Shown here: positions 21,191 through 33,907 of the stretch, one piece after another
How the letters are laid out: every line of letters starts with the position of its first letter
Numbering within the stretch: position 1 is the stretch's first letter
Program-made: the position numbers and the translations under genes
The notes under the pieces: model-generated
What the model was told of the DNA's origin: nothing
What the model saw: only the letters and a program-made list of their open reading frames with translations
Databases searched by the model: none
Assembly (NCBI RefSeq): GCF_002854065.1
Contig: NZ_CP024147.1
Direction: 5' to 3' (one strand)
DNA from: Escherichia coli
GTDB lineage: Bacteria; Pseudomonadota; Gammaproteobacteria; Enterobacterales; Enterobacteriaceae
DNA: 64,000 nt

Positions 21191-22618
21191 TTATTTACGT
21201 GCAGCCAGCATAGCGGTCAGTTTTTCAGCCCAGGCTTTGGTTTCCGGCAAATCCACCACCGGCTGGCTGTAGTGACCACGGTTGTCCGGGGCGACAGGCG
21301 TGGTGGCGTCGATAATCAGCTTGTCGGTGATCCCCGCCGGGCTTGAGCCAGGGTCGAGTTCCAGCACGGACATATTCGGCAACTGCACCAAATCCCCTGC
21401 CGGGTTCACTTTCGAGGAGAGCGCCCACATCACCTGCGGCAGGTTGAACGGATCAACGTCTTCATCGACCATAATCACCATCTTCACGTAGCCCAGACCG
21501 TGCGGCGTGGTCATCGCGCGCAGGCCCACCGCGCGGGCAAAGCCGCCGTAGCGTTTTTTGGTGGAGATAATCGCCAGCAGGCCGTGGGTGTACATGGCGT
21601 TTACCGCCTGCACTTCCGGGAACTCGGCTTTCAGTTGTTGATATAGCGGTACGCAGGTGGCTGGCCCCATCAGGTAGTCGATTTCGGTCCACGGCATGCC
21701 GAGGTACAGCGATTCGAAAATCGGCCTGGTGCGGTAAGAGACTTTATCGATGCGCACCACGGTCATGTTACGCCCGCCGGAGTAGTGTCCGGTAAACTCA
21801 CCGAACGGCCCTTCGATTTCGCGTTTACGGCTTTCGATGACCCCTTCGAGGATCGCTTCTGAACCCCACGGCACATCAAAACCGGTCAGCGGGGCGGTGG
21901 CGATCGGGTACGAGCTTTCACGCAGCGCGCCTGCCATTTCATACTCAGACTGATCGTATTTCAGCGGCGTGGCCCCCATCAGCGTGATGATCGGATCGTT
22001 ACCGAGCGTGATCGCAATCGGCAGATCTTCACCGCGCTCTTCTGCTTTATGCAGATGCAGGGCGATATCGTGCATCGGCACCGGTTGCAGGCCGAGCTTA
22101 CGCTTGCCCTTCACTTCCATGCGGTAGATGCCGACGTTCTGCTTGCCGAAGTTATCCGGGTCGAGCGGATCGCGGGAAACCACGCACGCTTTGTCGAGAT
22201 AGAAACCGCCATCACCGTCGTTTAAACGAAACAGCGGCAGGATATCGAACAGATTAATCTCGTCACCATCGACGGTGTTCTGCGCCCAGGCTGGATTGGC
22301 GCGGCGCTCCGGGGCAATCGGGAAGTTATCCCAGCGGCGGATAAACTCATCAATCTGTTTTTTAACCGGGGTGTTTGGCGGCAGGCCCAAGGAAATCGCG
22401 TGGTTCTGCCAGGAACCGATGGTATTCATCGCCACGCGGGCATCGGTAAAACCGCGAATATTATCAAACCACAGCGCCGGTGCACCATCGCCGATACGCC
22501 CGGTGGCGTTGGCAGCGGCAGCCAGATCCGGTTCCGCGTTCACCTCTTCGCTGATTTTCAGTAACTGGCCGTGGTCATCAAGCGCCTGTAAAAAGCTGCG
22601 TAAATCATCAAATGCCAT
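21191..22618 (-). CDS. ecdC: UbiD-family phenolic acid decarboxylase subunit C
   Basis: 475-aa ORF, UbiD-family decarboxylase. Confidence 0.85.
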   Translation of the reverse strand: MAFDDLRSFLQALDDHGQLLKISEEVNAEPDLAAAANATGRIGDGAPALWFDNIRGFTDARVAMNTIGSWQNHAISLGLPPNTPVKKQIDEFIRRWDNFPIAPERRANPAWAQNTVDGDEINLFDILPLFRLNDGDGGFYLDKACVVSRDPLDPDNFGKQNVGIYRMEVKGKRKLGLQPVPMHDIALHLHKAEERGEDLPIAITLGNDPIITLMGATPLKYDQSEYEMAGALRESSYPIATAPLTGFDVPWGSEAILEGVIESRKREIEGPFGEFTGHYSGGRNMTVVRIDKVSYRTRPIFESLYLGMPWTEIDYLMGPATCVPLYQQLKAEFPEVQAVNAMYTHGLLAIISTKKRYGGFARAVGLRAMTTPHGLGYVKMVIMVDEDVDPFNLPQVMWALSSKVNPAGDLVQLPNMSVLELDPGSSPAGITDKLIIDATTPVAPDNRGHYSQPVVDLPETKAWAEKLTAMLAARK

Positions 22619-23211
22619 TATTCATTCTCCTGAGAAAAATTCCGGGCCTGCGGCAATCCTTGCCAGCGCCTGGCGTAGGGATGTTCAAGGCCAAATTGAT
22701 CCAGCACGCGGGCTACCACGTGGTGGACAATGTCATCTACCGTTTCGGGATGGTTATAAAAGGCAGGCATCGGCGGCACCATCGCCACGCCCATGCGTGA
22801 AAGTGCGAGCATATTTTCGAGATGGATGGTGTTAAGCGGCATTTCACGCGGCACCAGTACCAGTTTGCGGCCTTCTTTGAGCACGACGTCCGCCGCGCGC
22901 CCTACCAGGCCATCGGCGTAACCAGCGCGGATACCGGCGAGCGTTTTCATACTGCACGGAATAACGATCATGCCGTCGGTACGAAAGGAACCTGAGGAGA
23001 TGGTCGCCGCCTGATCCGCCGGGTTATGGCTGAAGTCAGCGAGGGCAGCAACATCGCGGGCGCTGTAAGGCGTTTCCAGTTCAATGGTGGTTTTCGCCCA
23101 CTTCGACATCACCAGATGAGTCTCGATATTCGGCATCTCCTGCAGCGCTTGCAGTAATGCCACACCAAGAGGCGCACCGGTAGCCCCTGTCATCCCGACG
23201 ATCAGTTTCAT
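22618..23211 (-). CDS. ecdB: UbiX-like flavin prenyltransferase, decarboxylase subunit B
   Basis: 197-aa ORF starting MKLIVGMTGATGA, flavoprotein fold; overlaps ecdC start. Confidence 0.85.
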   Translation of the reverse strand: MKLIVGMTGATGAPLGVALLQALQEMPNIETHLVMSKWAKTTIELETPYSARDVAALADFSHNPADQAATISSGSFRTDGMIVIPCSMKTLAGIRAGYADGLVGRAADVVLKEGRKLVLVPREMPLNTIHLENMLALSRMGVAMVPPMPAFYNHPETVDDIVHHVVARVLDQFGLEHPYARRWQGLPQARNFSQENE

Positions 23212-23324
23212 TGCTTACTCTCTTAATTGTTCGTATACGAACGTTATTATTAAAATACGCCTCTGTTCTCATTGCGGCAAGCACTGAAAAGTAACAACAT
23301 CCCCTTCGTCACTGAAAAACCGCT

Positions 23325-23765
23325 ATGATAGCGGCAGATAGTTTGCCCGGAGTTTACATGGCGTTACGAAATAAAGCGTTCCATCAGTTACGACAGCTTT
23401 TTCAGCAGCACACATCTCGCTGGCAGCACGAGTTACCTGACCTGACCAAACCACAGTATGCGGTGATGCGTGCCATTGCTGATAAGCCTGGTATCGAACA
23501 GGTGGCACTGATAGAAGCAGCAGTCAGCACCAAAGCAACGCTGGCAGAAATGTTGGCAAGAATGGAAAATCGTGGCTTAGTCAGACGTGAACATGACGCC
23601 GCTGATAAGCGGCGACGCTTTGTCTGGCTGACTGCCGAAGGAGAAAAGATACTTGCTGCGGCGATACCGATTGGTGACAGCGTGGATGAGGAATTTTTGG
23701 GGCGTTTGAGTGCAGAAGAGCAGGAGCTGTTTATGCAGCTGGTGCGCAAGATGATGAACACATAG
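23325..23765 (+). CDS. MarR/SlyA-family transcriptional regulator, divergent from ecdBCD
   Basis: 146-aa ORF with winged-helix MarR signature. Confidence 0.75.
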   Translation: MIAADSLPGVYMALRNKAFHQLRQLFQQHTSRWQHELPDLTKPQYAVMRAIADKPGIEQVALIEAAVSTKATLAEMLARMENRGLVRREHDAADKRRRFVWLTAEGEKILAAAIPIGDSVDEEFLGRLSAEEQELFMQLVRKMMNT

Positions 23766-23837
23766 GATGCAAATTGCCGGGTAGGACGCTGACGTGTCTT
23801 ATCCAGGCGACAAAAACACATGCTTCCCAAACAAAAG

Positions 23838-23872
23838 AAAAAAGGCCAGCCTCGCTTGAGACTGGCCTTTCT
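23838..23872 (-). terminator. rpoS intrinsic terminator
   Basis: Minus strand: GGCCAGTCTCAAGCGAGGCTGGCC hairpin followed by TTTTTTCTTTTG. Confidence 0.5.
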
Positions 23873-23885
23873 GACAGATGCTTAC

Positions 23886-24878
23886 TTATTCGCGGAACAG
23901 CGCTTCGATATTCAGCCCCTGCGTTTGCAGGATTTCGCGCAAACGGCGCAGGCCTTCAACCTGAATCTGGCGAACACGTTCACGGGTGAGGCCAATTTCA
24001 CGACCTACATCTTCCAGTGTTGCCGCTTCGTACCCAAGCAAACCGAATCGACGTGCCAGCACTTCACGCTGTTTGGCGTTCAGTTCGAACAGCCATTTGA
24101 CGATGCTCTGCTTCATATCGTCATCTTGCGTGGTATCTTCCGGACCGTTCTCTTTTTCATCGGCCAGGATGTCCAGCAACGCTTTTTCGGAATCACCACC
24201 CAGCGGGGTGTCTACCGAGGTAATGCGCTCGTTAAGACGAAGCATACGGCTGACGTCATCAACTGGCTTATCCAGTTGCTCTGCGATCTCTTCCGCACTT
24301 GGTTCATGGTCCAGCTTATGGGACAACTCACGTGCGGTTCGCAGGTAAACGTTCAGCTCCTTTACGATGTGAATCGGCAAACGAATAGTACGGGTTTGGT
24401 TCATAATCGCCCGTTCAATCGTCTGGCGAATCCACCAGGTTGCGTATGTTGAGAAGCGGAAACCACGTTCCGGGTCAAACTTCTCTACCGCGCGGATCAG
24501 CCCCAGGTTGCCCTCTTCGATAAGGTCCAGCAACGCCAGACCACGATTGCCATAACGGCGGGCAATTTTTACCACCAGACGCAAGTTACTCTCGATCATC
24601 CGGCGGCGAGAGGCGACATCTCCACGCAGTGCGCGACGCGCAAAATAAACTTCTTCTTCGGCCGTTAACAGTGGTGAATAACCAATCTCACCAAGGTAAA
24701 GCTGAGTCGCGTCCAACACACGCTGTGTGGCTCCCTGCGATAACAGTTCCTCTTCGGCCAAATCGTTATCACTGGGTTCCTCTTCTACTAAGGCCTTTTC
24801 GTCAAAAACCTCAACTCCGTTCTCATCAAATTCCGCATCTTCATTTAAATCATGAACTTTCAGCGTATTCTGACTCAT
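23886..24878 (-). CDS. rpoS: RNA polymerase sigma factor RpoS (sigma38), full length
   Basis: Start at [17 protein letters not shown] inside longer ORF; 330 aa; codon 33 is GAG, no internal stop. Confidence 0.95.
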   Translation of the reverse strand: MSQNTLKVHDLNEDAEFDENGVEVFDEKALVEEEPSDNDLAEEELLSQGATQRVLDATQLYLGEIGYSPLLTAEEEVYFARRALRGDVASRRRMIESNLRLVVKIARRYGNRGLALLDLIEEGNLGLIRAVEKFDPERGFRFSTYATWWIRQTIERAIMNQTRTIRLPIHIVKELNVYLRTARELSHKLDHEPSAEEIAEQLDKPVDDVSRMLRLNERITSVDTPLGGDSEKALLDILADEKENGPEDTTQDDDMKQSIVKWLFELNAKQREVLARRFGLLGYEAATLEDVGREIGLTRERVRQIQVEGLRRLREILQTQGLNIEALFRE

Positions 24879-24940
24879 AAGGTGGCTCCTACCCGTGATC
24901 CCTTGACGGAACATTCAAGCAAAAGCCTGGTTCCGCCGAT

Positions 24941-26080
24941 TTATCGCTGCGGCAAATAACGCAGCGGGTTTACGGATTTCCCCTTGTAACGAATTTCAAA
25001 ATGCAAGCGTGTTGAACTGGTTCCGGTGCTACCCATGGTTGCTATTTTTTGCCCCGCCTTCACTTCTTGTTGTTCCCGGACCAGCATTGTGTCGTTATGG
25101 GCGTAGGCACTCAGGTAATCATCATTATGTTTGATGATAATCAGATTACCGTAGCCGCGCAGCGCGTTACCGGCATAAACAACGCGGCCATCTGCGGTCG
25201 CGATAATTGCCTGTCCTTTGCTGCCTGCGATATCAATCCCCTTGTTGCCCCCCTCAGAAGCGCCAAAGGTTTCGATCACTTTGCCCTCAGTCGGCCAGCG
25301 CCAGGTGGAGATAGGCGTACTGGTTGATGTACTGCTGACAGTCGGCTCGGTTGTGCTTGCTGTTGGTACCGTTACAGGCGCTGTGACCGTGGTCGCAGTT
25401 GGCTTGTTGTTCGGCAACATTTTGTTAGCACTCTGTTCACCCGAAGACTCAGAATACGTAATTGTCGGTTGCGACGCAACAGCAACGGTGGAATTTTGTG
25501 CAGGCTTGATCACAACTCCTTGCTCTGCTGCGTCGGCCTGGGTAATGGCATTTCCGCCAGTGATTGGCGTACCGGAAGCATTACCCACCTGTAAGGTCTG
25601 ACCGACGTTCAGCGCGTATGGTGCCTGAATATTGTTGCGCTGAGCAAGGTCACGGAAATCGTTGCCAGTAATCCAGGCGATATAGAAAAGTGTGTCGCCT
25701 TTTTTCACGGTATAGGTACTGCCGCTATAACTGCCTTTCGGAATGTTCCCATACTGACGGTTATAGACGATGCGTCCGTTTTCCATCTGTACCGGCTGCT
25801 GAGCTACTGGCTGCACTGGCTGGATTTGCGGTTGTTGAGTAGCCTGAATTTGTGGCTGCTGTACCGGCTGAATTTGCGGTTGCTGGGCTGTAGACGTCGT
25901 CCCCATTTTCGGCGGCGGCGTAATCAACATACCAGAATTGGTATTTGCAGGCGCATTGCCATTAACGGAGCTGACCGGTGCCGGTGGATTTGAAGTGTCA
26001 GAACAGCCTGCCAGCCATAGCGAAACCAGTGACAAAGCCGCAATGCGGCGAACGGTGAATTTTGGGCTTCCCGCGCTCAT
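24941..26080 (-). CDS. nlpD: Murein hydrolase activator lipoprotein NlpD
   Basis: 379-aa ORF, lipobox LAGC, QPQIQ repeats, LysM and M23 peptidase domains. Confidence 0.9.
   Translation of the reverse strand: MSAGSPKFTVRRIAALSLVSLWLAGCSDTSNPPAPVSSVNGNAPANTNSGMLITPPPKMGTTSTAQQPQIQPVQQPQIQATQQPQIQPVQPVAQQPVQMENGRIVYNRQYGNIPKGSYSGSTYTVKKGDTLFYIAWITGNDFRDLAQRNNIQAPYALNVGQTLQVGNASGTPITGGNAITQADAAEQGVVIKPAQNSTVAVASQPTITYSESSGEQSANKMLPNNKPTATTVTAPVTVPTASTTEPTVSSTSTSTPISTWRWPTEGKVIETFGASEGGNKGIDIAGSKGQAIIATADGRVVYAGNALRGYGNLIIIKHNDDYLSAYAHNDTMLVREQQEVKAGQKIATMGSTGTSSTRLHFEIRYKGKSVNPLRYLPQR
25450..25479 (-). promoter_or_regulatory. Major rpoS promoter inside nlpD coding sequence
   Basis: Minus strand TTGCGT-18nt-TATTCT, about 565 nt upstream of rpoS ATG, consistent with the known long 5'UTR. 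Confidence 0.5.
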
Positions 26081-26219
26081 TTATCCCCCAGGAAAAATTG
26101 GTTAATAACCAGTGACATAATTACCGTGCAAGGCACCATACTGAACACTGGAAAAGATGTTCACGATACGCTGACCTGCGGCAAAATAACCAGGAAAAAT
26201 CCAGGTATTTCCTCACGTT

Positions 26220-27581
<1,362 letters not shown>

Positions 27582-27601
<20 letters not shown>

Positions 27602-28631
27602 AATCACCTGTTGTGTTGATAAGTTCCCTGACAACGCTGGTTGCAAAACTACCCGCCGGAAGCCAGAAACGGATCTCTACGGTGACGTCATCCCACCAAT
27701 TCCAGCTTAATTGTTGCGGATACAGCAGCATCGCTCTGCGCGCGGCTTCAACTTTTTCGCGCACCAGTAAAGCTTGTAATTCAGTTTCTGCGGCGACAGC
27801 TGCTTGTTCGAATGCCAGCGCTTCACGCTGAGTTCCCCATTCGCCACTGCCCGGCAATGCGGCTGTTATCATCAGCTCTTTATCGTTGACGCGACGCTGT
27901 AATTCCGCCAGTTCTTCGGTGGTTGCTACAAACCAGCTACCACGTCCGGCTAATTGTAGCGCATCGCCGTCAACAACTTGATTAACGTCTGCTTTTTTGA
28001 GGCGCTCAGCAACAATCTGATTAAACAACGCACTGCGGGCTGCCGACAACCAAAAACTCCGTTTATTGCGATCGCGCACCGGAGTATTGGTTTGCGCCCA
28101 GCGCAGCGCGCCCTGCAAGTTGCTACCGCCAATCCCAAAACGTTGGGCACCGAAGTAGTTCGGTACACCTTTTACGCAAATATCGATCAGACGTTGTTCA
28201 ACGTCATCGCGATTGCTCACTTCGCGCAGAACCAGGGTAAAGGCGTTACCTTTCAGCGCCCCTAAACGCAGCTTGCGCTTGTGCCGCGTATACTCCAGCA
28301 CCTGGCAGCCTTCCAATTGAAAGGCGCTCAGATCGGGCATTTCCTTGCCCGGCACGCGAGCGCATAACCACTGTTCTGTAACAGCATGTTTGTCTTTTTG
28401 CCCAGCAAAGCTGACTTCACGGGCATGAATTTTCAGGAATTTCGCCAGTGCATCCGCCACAAAACGGGTATTGCAGCCGTTTTTGAGGATTCTAACCAGA
28501 ATATGCTCACCTTCACCATCAGGCTCAAAGCCCAAATCTTCCACCACCACAAAGTCTTCCGGATTGGCTTTCAGCAGCCCGGTGCCTTGCGGTTTACCGT
28601 GGAGGTAAGTGAGATTATCAAACTCAATCAT
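27582..28631 (-). CDS. truD: tRNA pseudouridine13 synthase TruD
   Basis: 349-aa ORF, recognised TruD. Confidence 0.9.
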
Positions 28632-29107
28632 TTTGTTGCCTTAATGAGTAGCGCCACCGCTTCACAGGCAATCCCTTCCCCACGTCCGGTAAATCCAAGT
28701 TTTTCCGTAGTAGTGGCTTTCACGTTAACATCATCCATATGGCAGCCGAGATCTTCGGCAATAAACACGCGCATTTGTGGAATGTGCGGCAACATCTTCG
28801 GTGCCTGAGCGATGATAGTGACATCGACGTTGCCAAGGGTATAACCCTTCGCCTGAATACGACGCCAGGCTTCGCGTAGCAGCTCGCGGCTGTCGGCACC
28901 TTTAAATGCCGGATCGGTATCCGGGAACAGCTTGCCGATATCCCCCAGCGCCGCCGCGCCAAGCAATGCATCGGTCAACGCATGGAGCGCCACGTCGCCA
29001 TCAGAATGCGCCAGCAATCCTTTTTCGTAAGGAATGCGTACGCCACCAATGATAATTGGGCCTTCACCGCCAAAGGCGTGTACGTCAAAACCGTGTCCAA
29101 TTCGCAT
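28628..29107 (-). CDS. ispF: 2-C-methyl-D-erythritol 2,4-cyclodiphosphate synthase
   Basis: 159-aa ORF starting [14 protein letters not shown]. Confidence 0.9.
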
Positions 29108-29817
29108 TATGTATTCTCCTGATGGATGGTTCGGGTGAGGTAAAACTCGGCCAGTGCCAAATCCTCCGGGCGCGTGACTTTAATGTTATCCGCACGGCCT
29201 TCGACCAACTGAGGATGGAATCCGCAATATTCCAGCGCCGAGGCTTCGTCGGTAATAGTCGCGCCTTCATTTAGAGCGCGCGTCAGACAGTCATGTAACA
29301 GCTCACGAGGGAAAAATTGCGGCGTCAGCGCGTGCCATAAGCCGTTGCGATCAACGGTATGAGCAATGGCATTTTTGCCCGGTTCGGCACGTTTCATAGT
29401 ATCGCGCACTGGTGCGGCGAGGATCCCCCCCGTGCGGCTGGTTTCGCTCAACGCCAACAATCGCGCCAGGTCATCCTGATGCAGACAAGGACGAGCGGCG
29501 TCATGCACCAATACCCACTGCGCGTCGCCAGCGGCTTTCAAACCTGCCAGCACGGAATCGGCACGCTCATCACCGCCATCTACAACGGTGATTTGCGGAT
29601 GATTCGCCAGAGGAAGTTGTGCAAAACGGCTATCGCCAGGACTTATGGCAATGACGACACGTTTCACCCGGGGATGCGCCAGCAGCGCATGCACCGAGTG
29701 TTCAAGAATGGTTTGATTACCGATTGAGAGATATTGCTTAGGACATTCCGTTTGCATTCGACGGCCAAATCCGGCCGCCGGAACCACGGCGCAAACATCC
29801 AAATGAGTGGTTGCCAT
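29107..29817 (-). CDS. ispD: 2-C-methyl-D-erythritol 4-phosphate cytidylyltransferase
   Basis: 236-aa ORF with [11 protein letters not shown] motif. Confidence 0.9.
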
Positions 29818-29835
29818 GTTAATTCCCGGGCTGAT

Positions 29836-30147
29836 TTATCGATTGTTTTGCCCCGCAGACTGTGCGCGCTTCGACGCGTCAGGTACCAGACGATAAAAAG
29901 TTTCGCCCGGCCTGGTCATGCTGAGTTCATTACGCGCACGCTCTTCGAGCGCCTCCTGGCCGCCATTGAGATCGTCAATTTCGGCAAAAAGTTGATCGTT
30001 TCGCGCTTTAAGTTTCGCGTTTGTAGCTTGCTGTGCCGCCACATCATCATTGACGCGGGTATAGTCATGTATACCGTTCTTACCGAACCACAGCGAATAC
30101 TGTAGCCAGACCAGAATAGCCAGCAACAGCAGCGTTAGTTTACCCAT
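29836..30147 (-). CDS. ftsB: Cell division protein FtsB
   Basis: 103-aa ORF, N-terminal TM helix plus coiled coil. Confidence 0.9.
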
Positions 30148-30340
30148 CCTGCCCCCTGAAAAACGGCATCATCATCCCATGCATCCGAAGACGACTCTAC
30201 ATCCTCTGTTGGGGATACCGCGACAACGCGGGCAAATGTACCACATTTGTCCATTGTTACGTATACCCAGGGCGTGCAGAACATAATCTCATTATTAGTT
30301 ACGGTTTGAATTATGAACAGAGGAGACAAGAAAGTACAAA

Positions 30341-30664
30341 TTAGCCCAGTAGCCACATAAACAGTGCGCCAAACATAATGCCTACTGTCATCAGGGTGAA
30401 AACAATACTGTAGCGTAGCTTTCCGTCCATCAATGAATGCAGCGCAATCCCCACCACTACCGCGACAGGCATCAGTGCCAGAAAGAAAGGCCAGGTGTAG
30501 ATAAAGAAGAACAGCGTGTTAGAGCCATAAATCAACATCGGCATCGCCAGCGCAAATAACCAAGAGATAAAACCGACCACGGCACCAGGCAGTGACCATG
30601 TGGTTTCTTCATCCTCAGTAAGGCTGTCGTTATTTGTTAGTGTAATGTTATGGCTATTACGCAT
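30341..30664 (-). CDS. ygbE: Inner membrane protein YgbE
   Basis: 107-aa hydrophobic ORF at expected position. Confidence 0.8.
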   Translation of the reverse strand: MRNSHNITLTNNDSLTEDEETTWSLPGAVVGFISWLFALAMPMLIYGSNTLFFFIYTWPFFLALMPVAVVVGIALHSLMDGKLRYSIVFTLMTVGIMFGALFMWLLG

Positions 30665-30713
30665 ATTTGATCCTGTTACTTTGACGAACCGGGCATGGAA
30701 ACCCGGTGGTGTC

Positions 30714-31319
30714 TCAGGATCTGATAATATCGTTCTGTCTCAACAGATCTAATAATTGCTGTACCAAATTTGTTACTAATTGTTCACCATTGAGATGAAT
30801 TTCTGCCGATTCAGGCGCTTCGTAAACGGAATCTATTCCCGTAAAGTTGCGCAGTTCACCGGCACGCGCTTTCTTATATAAGCCTTTTGGATCGCGGGCT
30901 TCGCAAATCGCCAGCGGCGTATCGACAAACACTTCGATAAAGCGCCCTTCTCCTACGCGTTCGCGAACCATCTGGCGTTCGGCGCGGTGTGGCGAGATAA
31001 ATGCAGTCAGCACCACCAGTCCGGCTTCAACCATCAAATTCGCCACTTCACCGACGCGACGGATATTCTCTTTACGATCGGCATCGCTAAAACCGAGATC
31101 GCTGCATAATCCGTGGCGAACATTGTCGCCATCCAGCAGATACGTACTGACGCCGAGTTTATGTAACGCCTCCTCCAGCGCCCCGGCGACCGTTGATTTA
31201 CCGGACCCGGAGAGGCCGGTAAACCACAACACTACACCACGATGACCGTGGTGTAGCTCGCGTTGTTGCACAGTGACCGGATGGCTATGCCAGACGACGT
31301 TTTCGTCATGCAGCGCCAT
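30714..31319 (-). CDS. cysC: Adenylylsulfate kinase
   Basis: 201-aa ORF with [10 protein letters not shown]-loop. Confidence 0.9.
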
Positions 31320-32746
31320 TATTTATCTCCCAGCAAATCGCGCGCGCCCCAGTGCGGAAAGTGGCGGCGAACCAGAGCATTCAATTCCAGTTCGAATGCA
31401 CTGAATTCAGATGGCGCAGCAGTTGCCTGGCTAACTGGCTCGTGCACCATACCGGCGCCCACGGTCACATTGCTCAGGCGATCGATAAAAATCAGCCCAC
31501 CGGTAACCGGGTTTTGCTGATAACGATCTAACACCAGTGGCTCGTCAAAAGTGAGATCCACCAGGCCGATGCCGTTCAGCGGCAGGTTTTCAACTTCGCG
31601 TTGGGTAAGGTTATTAATATCAACCTGATAACGAATGCCATCAACACGAGCACGCGTCTTCTTACCGGCAATTTTGATGTCATAACTCTGGCCCGGGGAA
31701 AGCGGCTGTTCCGCCATCCATACCACATCCACCGACGCGCTCTGCACAGCTGGTAACGCTTCGTCTGCCGCCAGCAGCAGATCGCCACGGCTGATGTCGA
31801 TCTCATCCGTCAGCACCAGGGTGATCGCTTCTCCGGCAAAGGCTTCTTCGCGATCACCATCAAAAGTCACGATCCGCGCGACGTTTGATTCCACACCAGA
31901 GGGCAGCACTTTTACACGTTGCCCGACTTCCACGCGACCGGATGCCAGCGTTCCGGCGTAGCCACGAAAATCGAGATTTGGGCGGTTAACGTACTGCACC
32001 GGGAAGCGCATTGGCTGGGCATCCACCACTCGCTGGATCTCCACGGTTTCCAGCACTTCGAGCAGTGTCGGACCGCTGTACCACGGCATACTTTCACTTT
32101 GCGAAGCCACGTTGTCACCTTCCAGTGCGGAGAGCGGCACAAAGCGGATATCCAGATTACCCGGCAGCTGCCCGGCAAAGGTCAGATAATCTTCACGAAT
32201 ACGGGTGAACGTCTCTTCACTGTAATCCACCAGATCCATTTTGTTGATCGCCACGACCAGATGTTTGATCCCCAACAGTGTGGAGATAAAACTGTGACGA
32301 CGGGTTTGATCGAGCACGCCTTTACGGGCATCGATCAGTAAGATCGCCAGTTCACATGTCGATGCGCCAGTCGCCATATTGCGGGTGTACTGCTCGTGCC
32401 CTGGGGTGTCGGCGATAATAAATTTACGCTTCTCGGTAGAGAAATAACGGTAAGCCACGTCAATGGTGATGCCCTGTTCGCGCTCAGCTTGCAGGCCGTC
32501 CACTAGCAGTGCCAGATCCAGCTTTTCGCCCTGGGTGCCGTGACGCTTACTGTCGTTATGCAGCGATGAGAGCTGATCTTCGTAGATTTGGCGGGTATCG
32601 TGCAGCAGGCGACCAATCAGGGTACTTTTGCCGTCATCGACGCTACCACAGGTCAGAAAACGCAGCAGGCTTTTATGTTGTTGCGCAATCATCCAGGCTT
32701 CGACGCCGCCTTCATTGGCGATTTGTTGTGCAAGTGCGGTGTTCAT
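31319..32746 (-). CDS. cysN: Sulfate adenylyltransferase subunit 1 (GTPase)
   Basis: 475-aa ORF with [10 protein letters not shown]1 motif. Confidence 0.9.
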
Positions 32747-32747
32747 C

Positions 32748-33656
32748 TTAAAAATACCCCTGACGTTTTTTCAGCTCCATAGACCCCGCCTGGTCGCGAT
32801 CAATCACGCGGCCCTGACGTTCACTGGTGGTGGAAACCAGCATCTCTTCGATGATCTCCGGCAGTGTTTGTGCATTTGACTCCACCGCACCGGTCAGCGG
32901 CCAGCAGCCCAGCGTACGGAAACGCACCATCCGTTTTTTGATCACTTCGCCCGGTTGCAGGTCGATACGGTTGTCATCAATCATCATCAACATACCGTCG
33001 CGTTCCAGAACCGGACGTTCCGCAGCGAGATACAGCGGCACAATGTCGATATTTTCCAGCCAGATGTATTGCCAGATATCCTGCTCGGTCCAGTTAGAGA
33101 GCGGGAAGACGCGGATGCTTTCGCCTTTGTTAATTTGCCCGTTGTAGTTGTGCCACAGCTCCGGGCGCTGATTTTTCGGATCCCAGCGATGGAAGCGGTC
33201 ACGGAAAGAGTAGATTCGCTCTTTAGCGCGGGATTTCTCTTCGTCACGGCGCGCACCACCGAAGGCGGCATCAAAACCGTATTTATTCAGCGCCTGTTTC
33301 AGGCCTTCAGTTTTCATAATATCGGTATGTTTCGCGCTGCCGTGCACGAATGGATTAATCCCCATCGCCACGCCTTCCGGGTTTTTATGCACCAGCAGCT
33401 CGCAGCCGTAGGCTTTCGCCGTACGATCGCGGAACTCATACATCTCGCGGAATTTCCAGCCGGTATCGACATGCAGCAACGGGAAAGGCAGCGTACCTGG
33501 ATAAAACGCCTTGCGCGCCAGATGCAGCATGACGCTGGAATCTTTACCGATAGAGTAGAGCATCACCGGATTTGAGAATTCTGCCGCCACCTCGCGAATA
33601 ATGTGGATACTTTCCGCCTCCAGTTGCCGCAGGTGAGTAAGTCGTTTTTGATCCAT
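32748..33656 (-). CDS. cysD: Sulfate adenylyltransferase subunit 2
   Basis: 302-aa ORF, PAPS-reductase-like fold. Confidence 0.9.
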   Translation of the reverse strand: MDQKRLTHLRQLEAESIHIIREVAAEFSNPVMLYSIGKDSSVMLHLARKAFYPGTLPFPLLHVDTGWKFREMYEFRDRTAKAYGCELLVHKNPEGVAMGINPFVHGSAKHTDIMKTEGLKQALNKYGFDAAFGGARRDEEKSRAKERIYSFRDRFHRWDPKNQRPELWHNYNGQINKGESIRVFPLSNWTEQDIWQYIWLENIDIVPLYLAAERPVLERDGMLMMIDDNRIDLQPGEVIKKRMVRFRTLGCWPLTGAVESNAQTLPEIIEEMLVSTTSERQGRVIDRDQAGSMELKKRQGYF

Positions 33657-33907
33657 AACCGTTCCTTTGCAATACCGCTATTTTCTTGCCATCAGATGTT
33701 TCGACTATAGGGAGCGTAAGAGAACGAATGAAATTACCAATTAGAATGAGTAGTTCCTTAACGGAATAACGATTTGGCAAAGCTAATATCAAAAAGTGCT
33801 TAAGGCACCGGATTTCGGGCGTTTAGGAAGATTTGAAATTGTTTTAGCGCAGCGGCAGTTTCATACTATGGCGGTAAAAAAATTTGCATGGTATTTAAGG
33901 ACTCACT

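Noticed and set aside
20884-21213. 109-aa plus-strand ORF after ygbN
   Set aside because: Overlaps the ecdD gene on the opposite strand and the terminator hairpin. The real signal here is the ygbN frame continuing to 20905.
23820-24452. 210-aa plus-strand ORF overlapping rpoS
   Set aside because: Antisense to rpoS with no RBS or domain signature.
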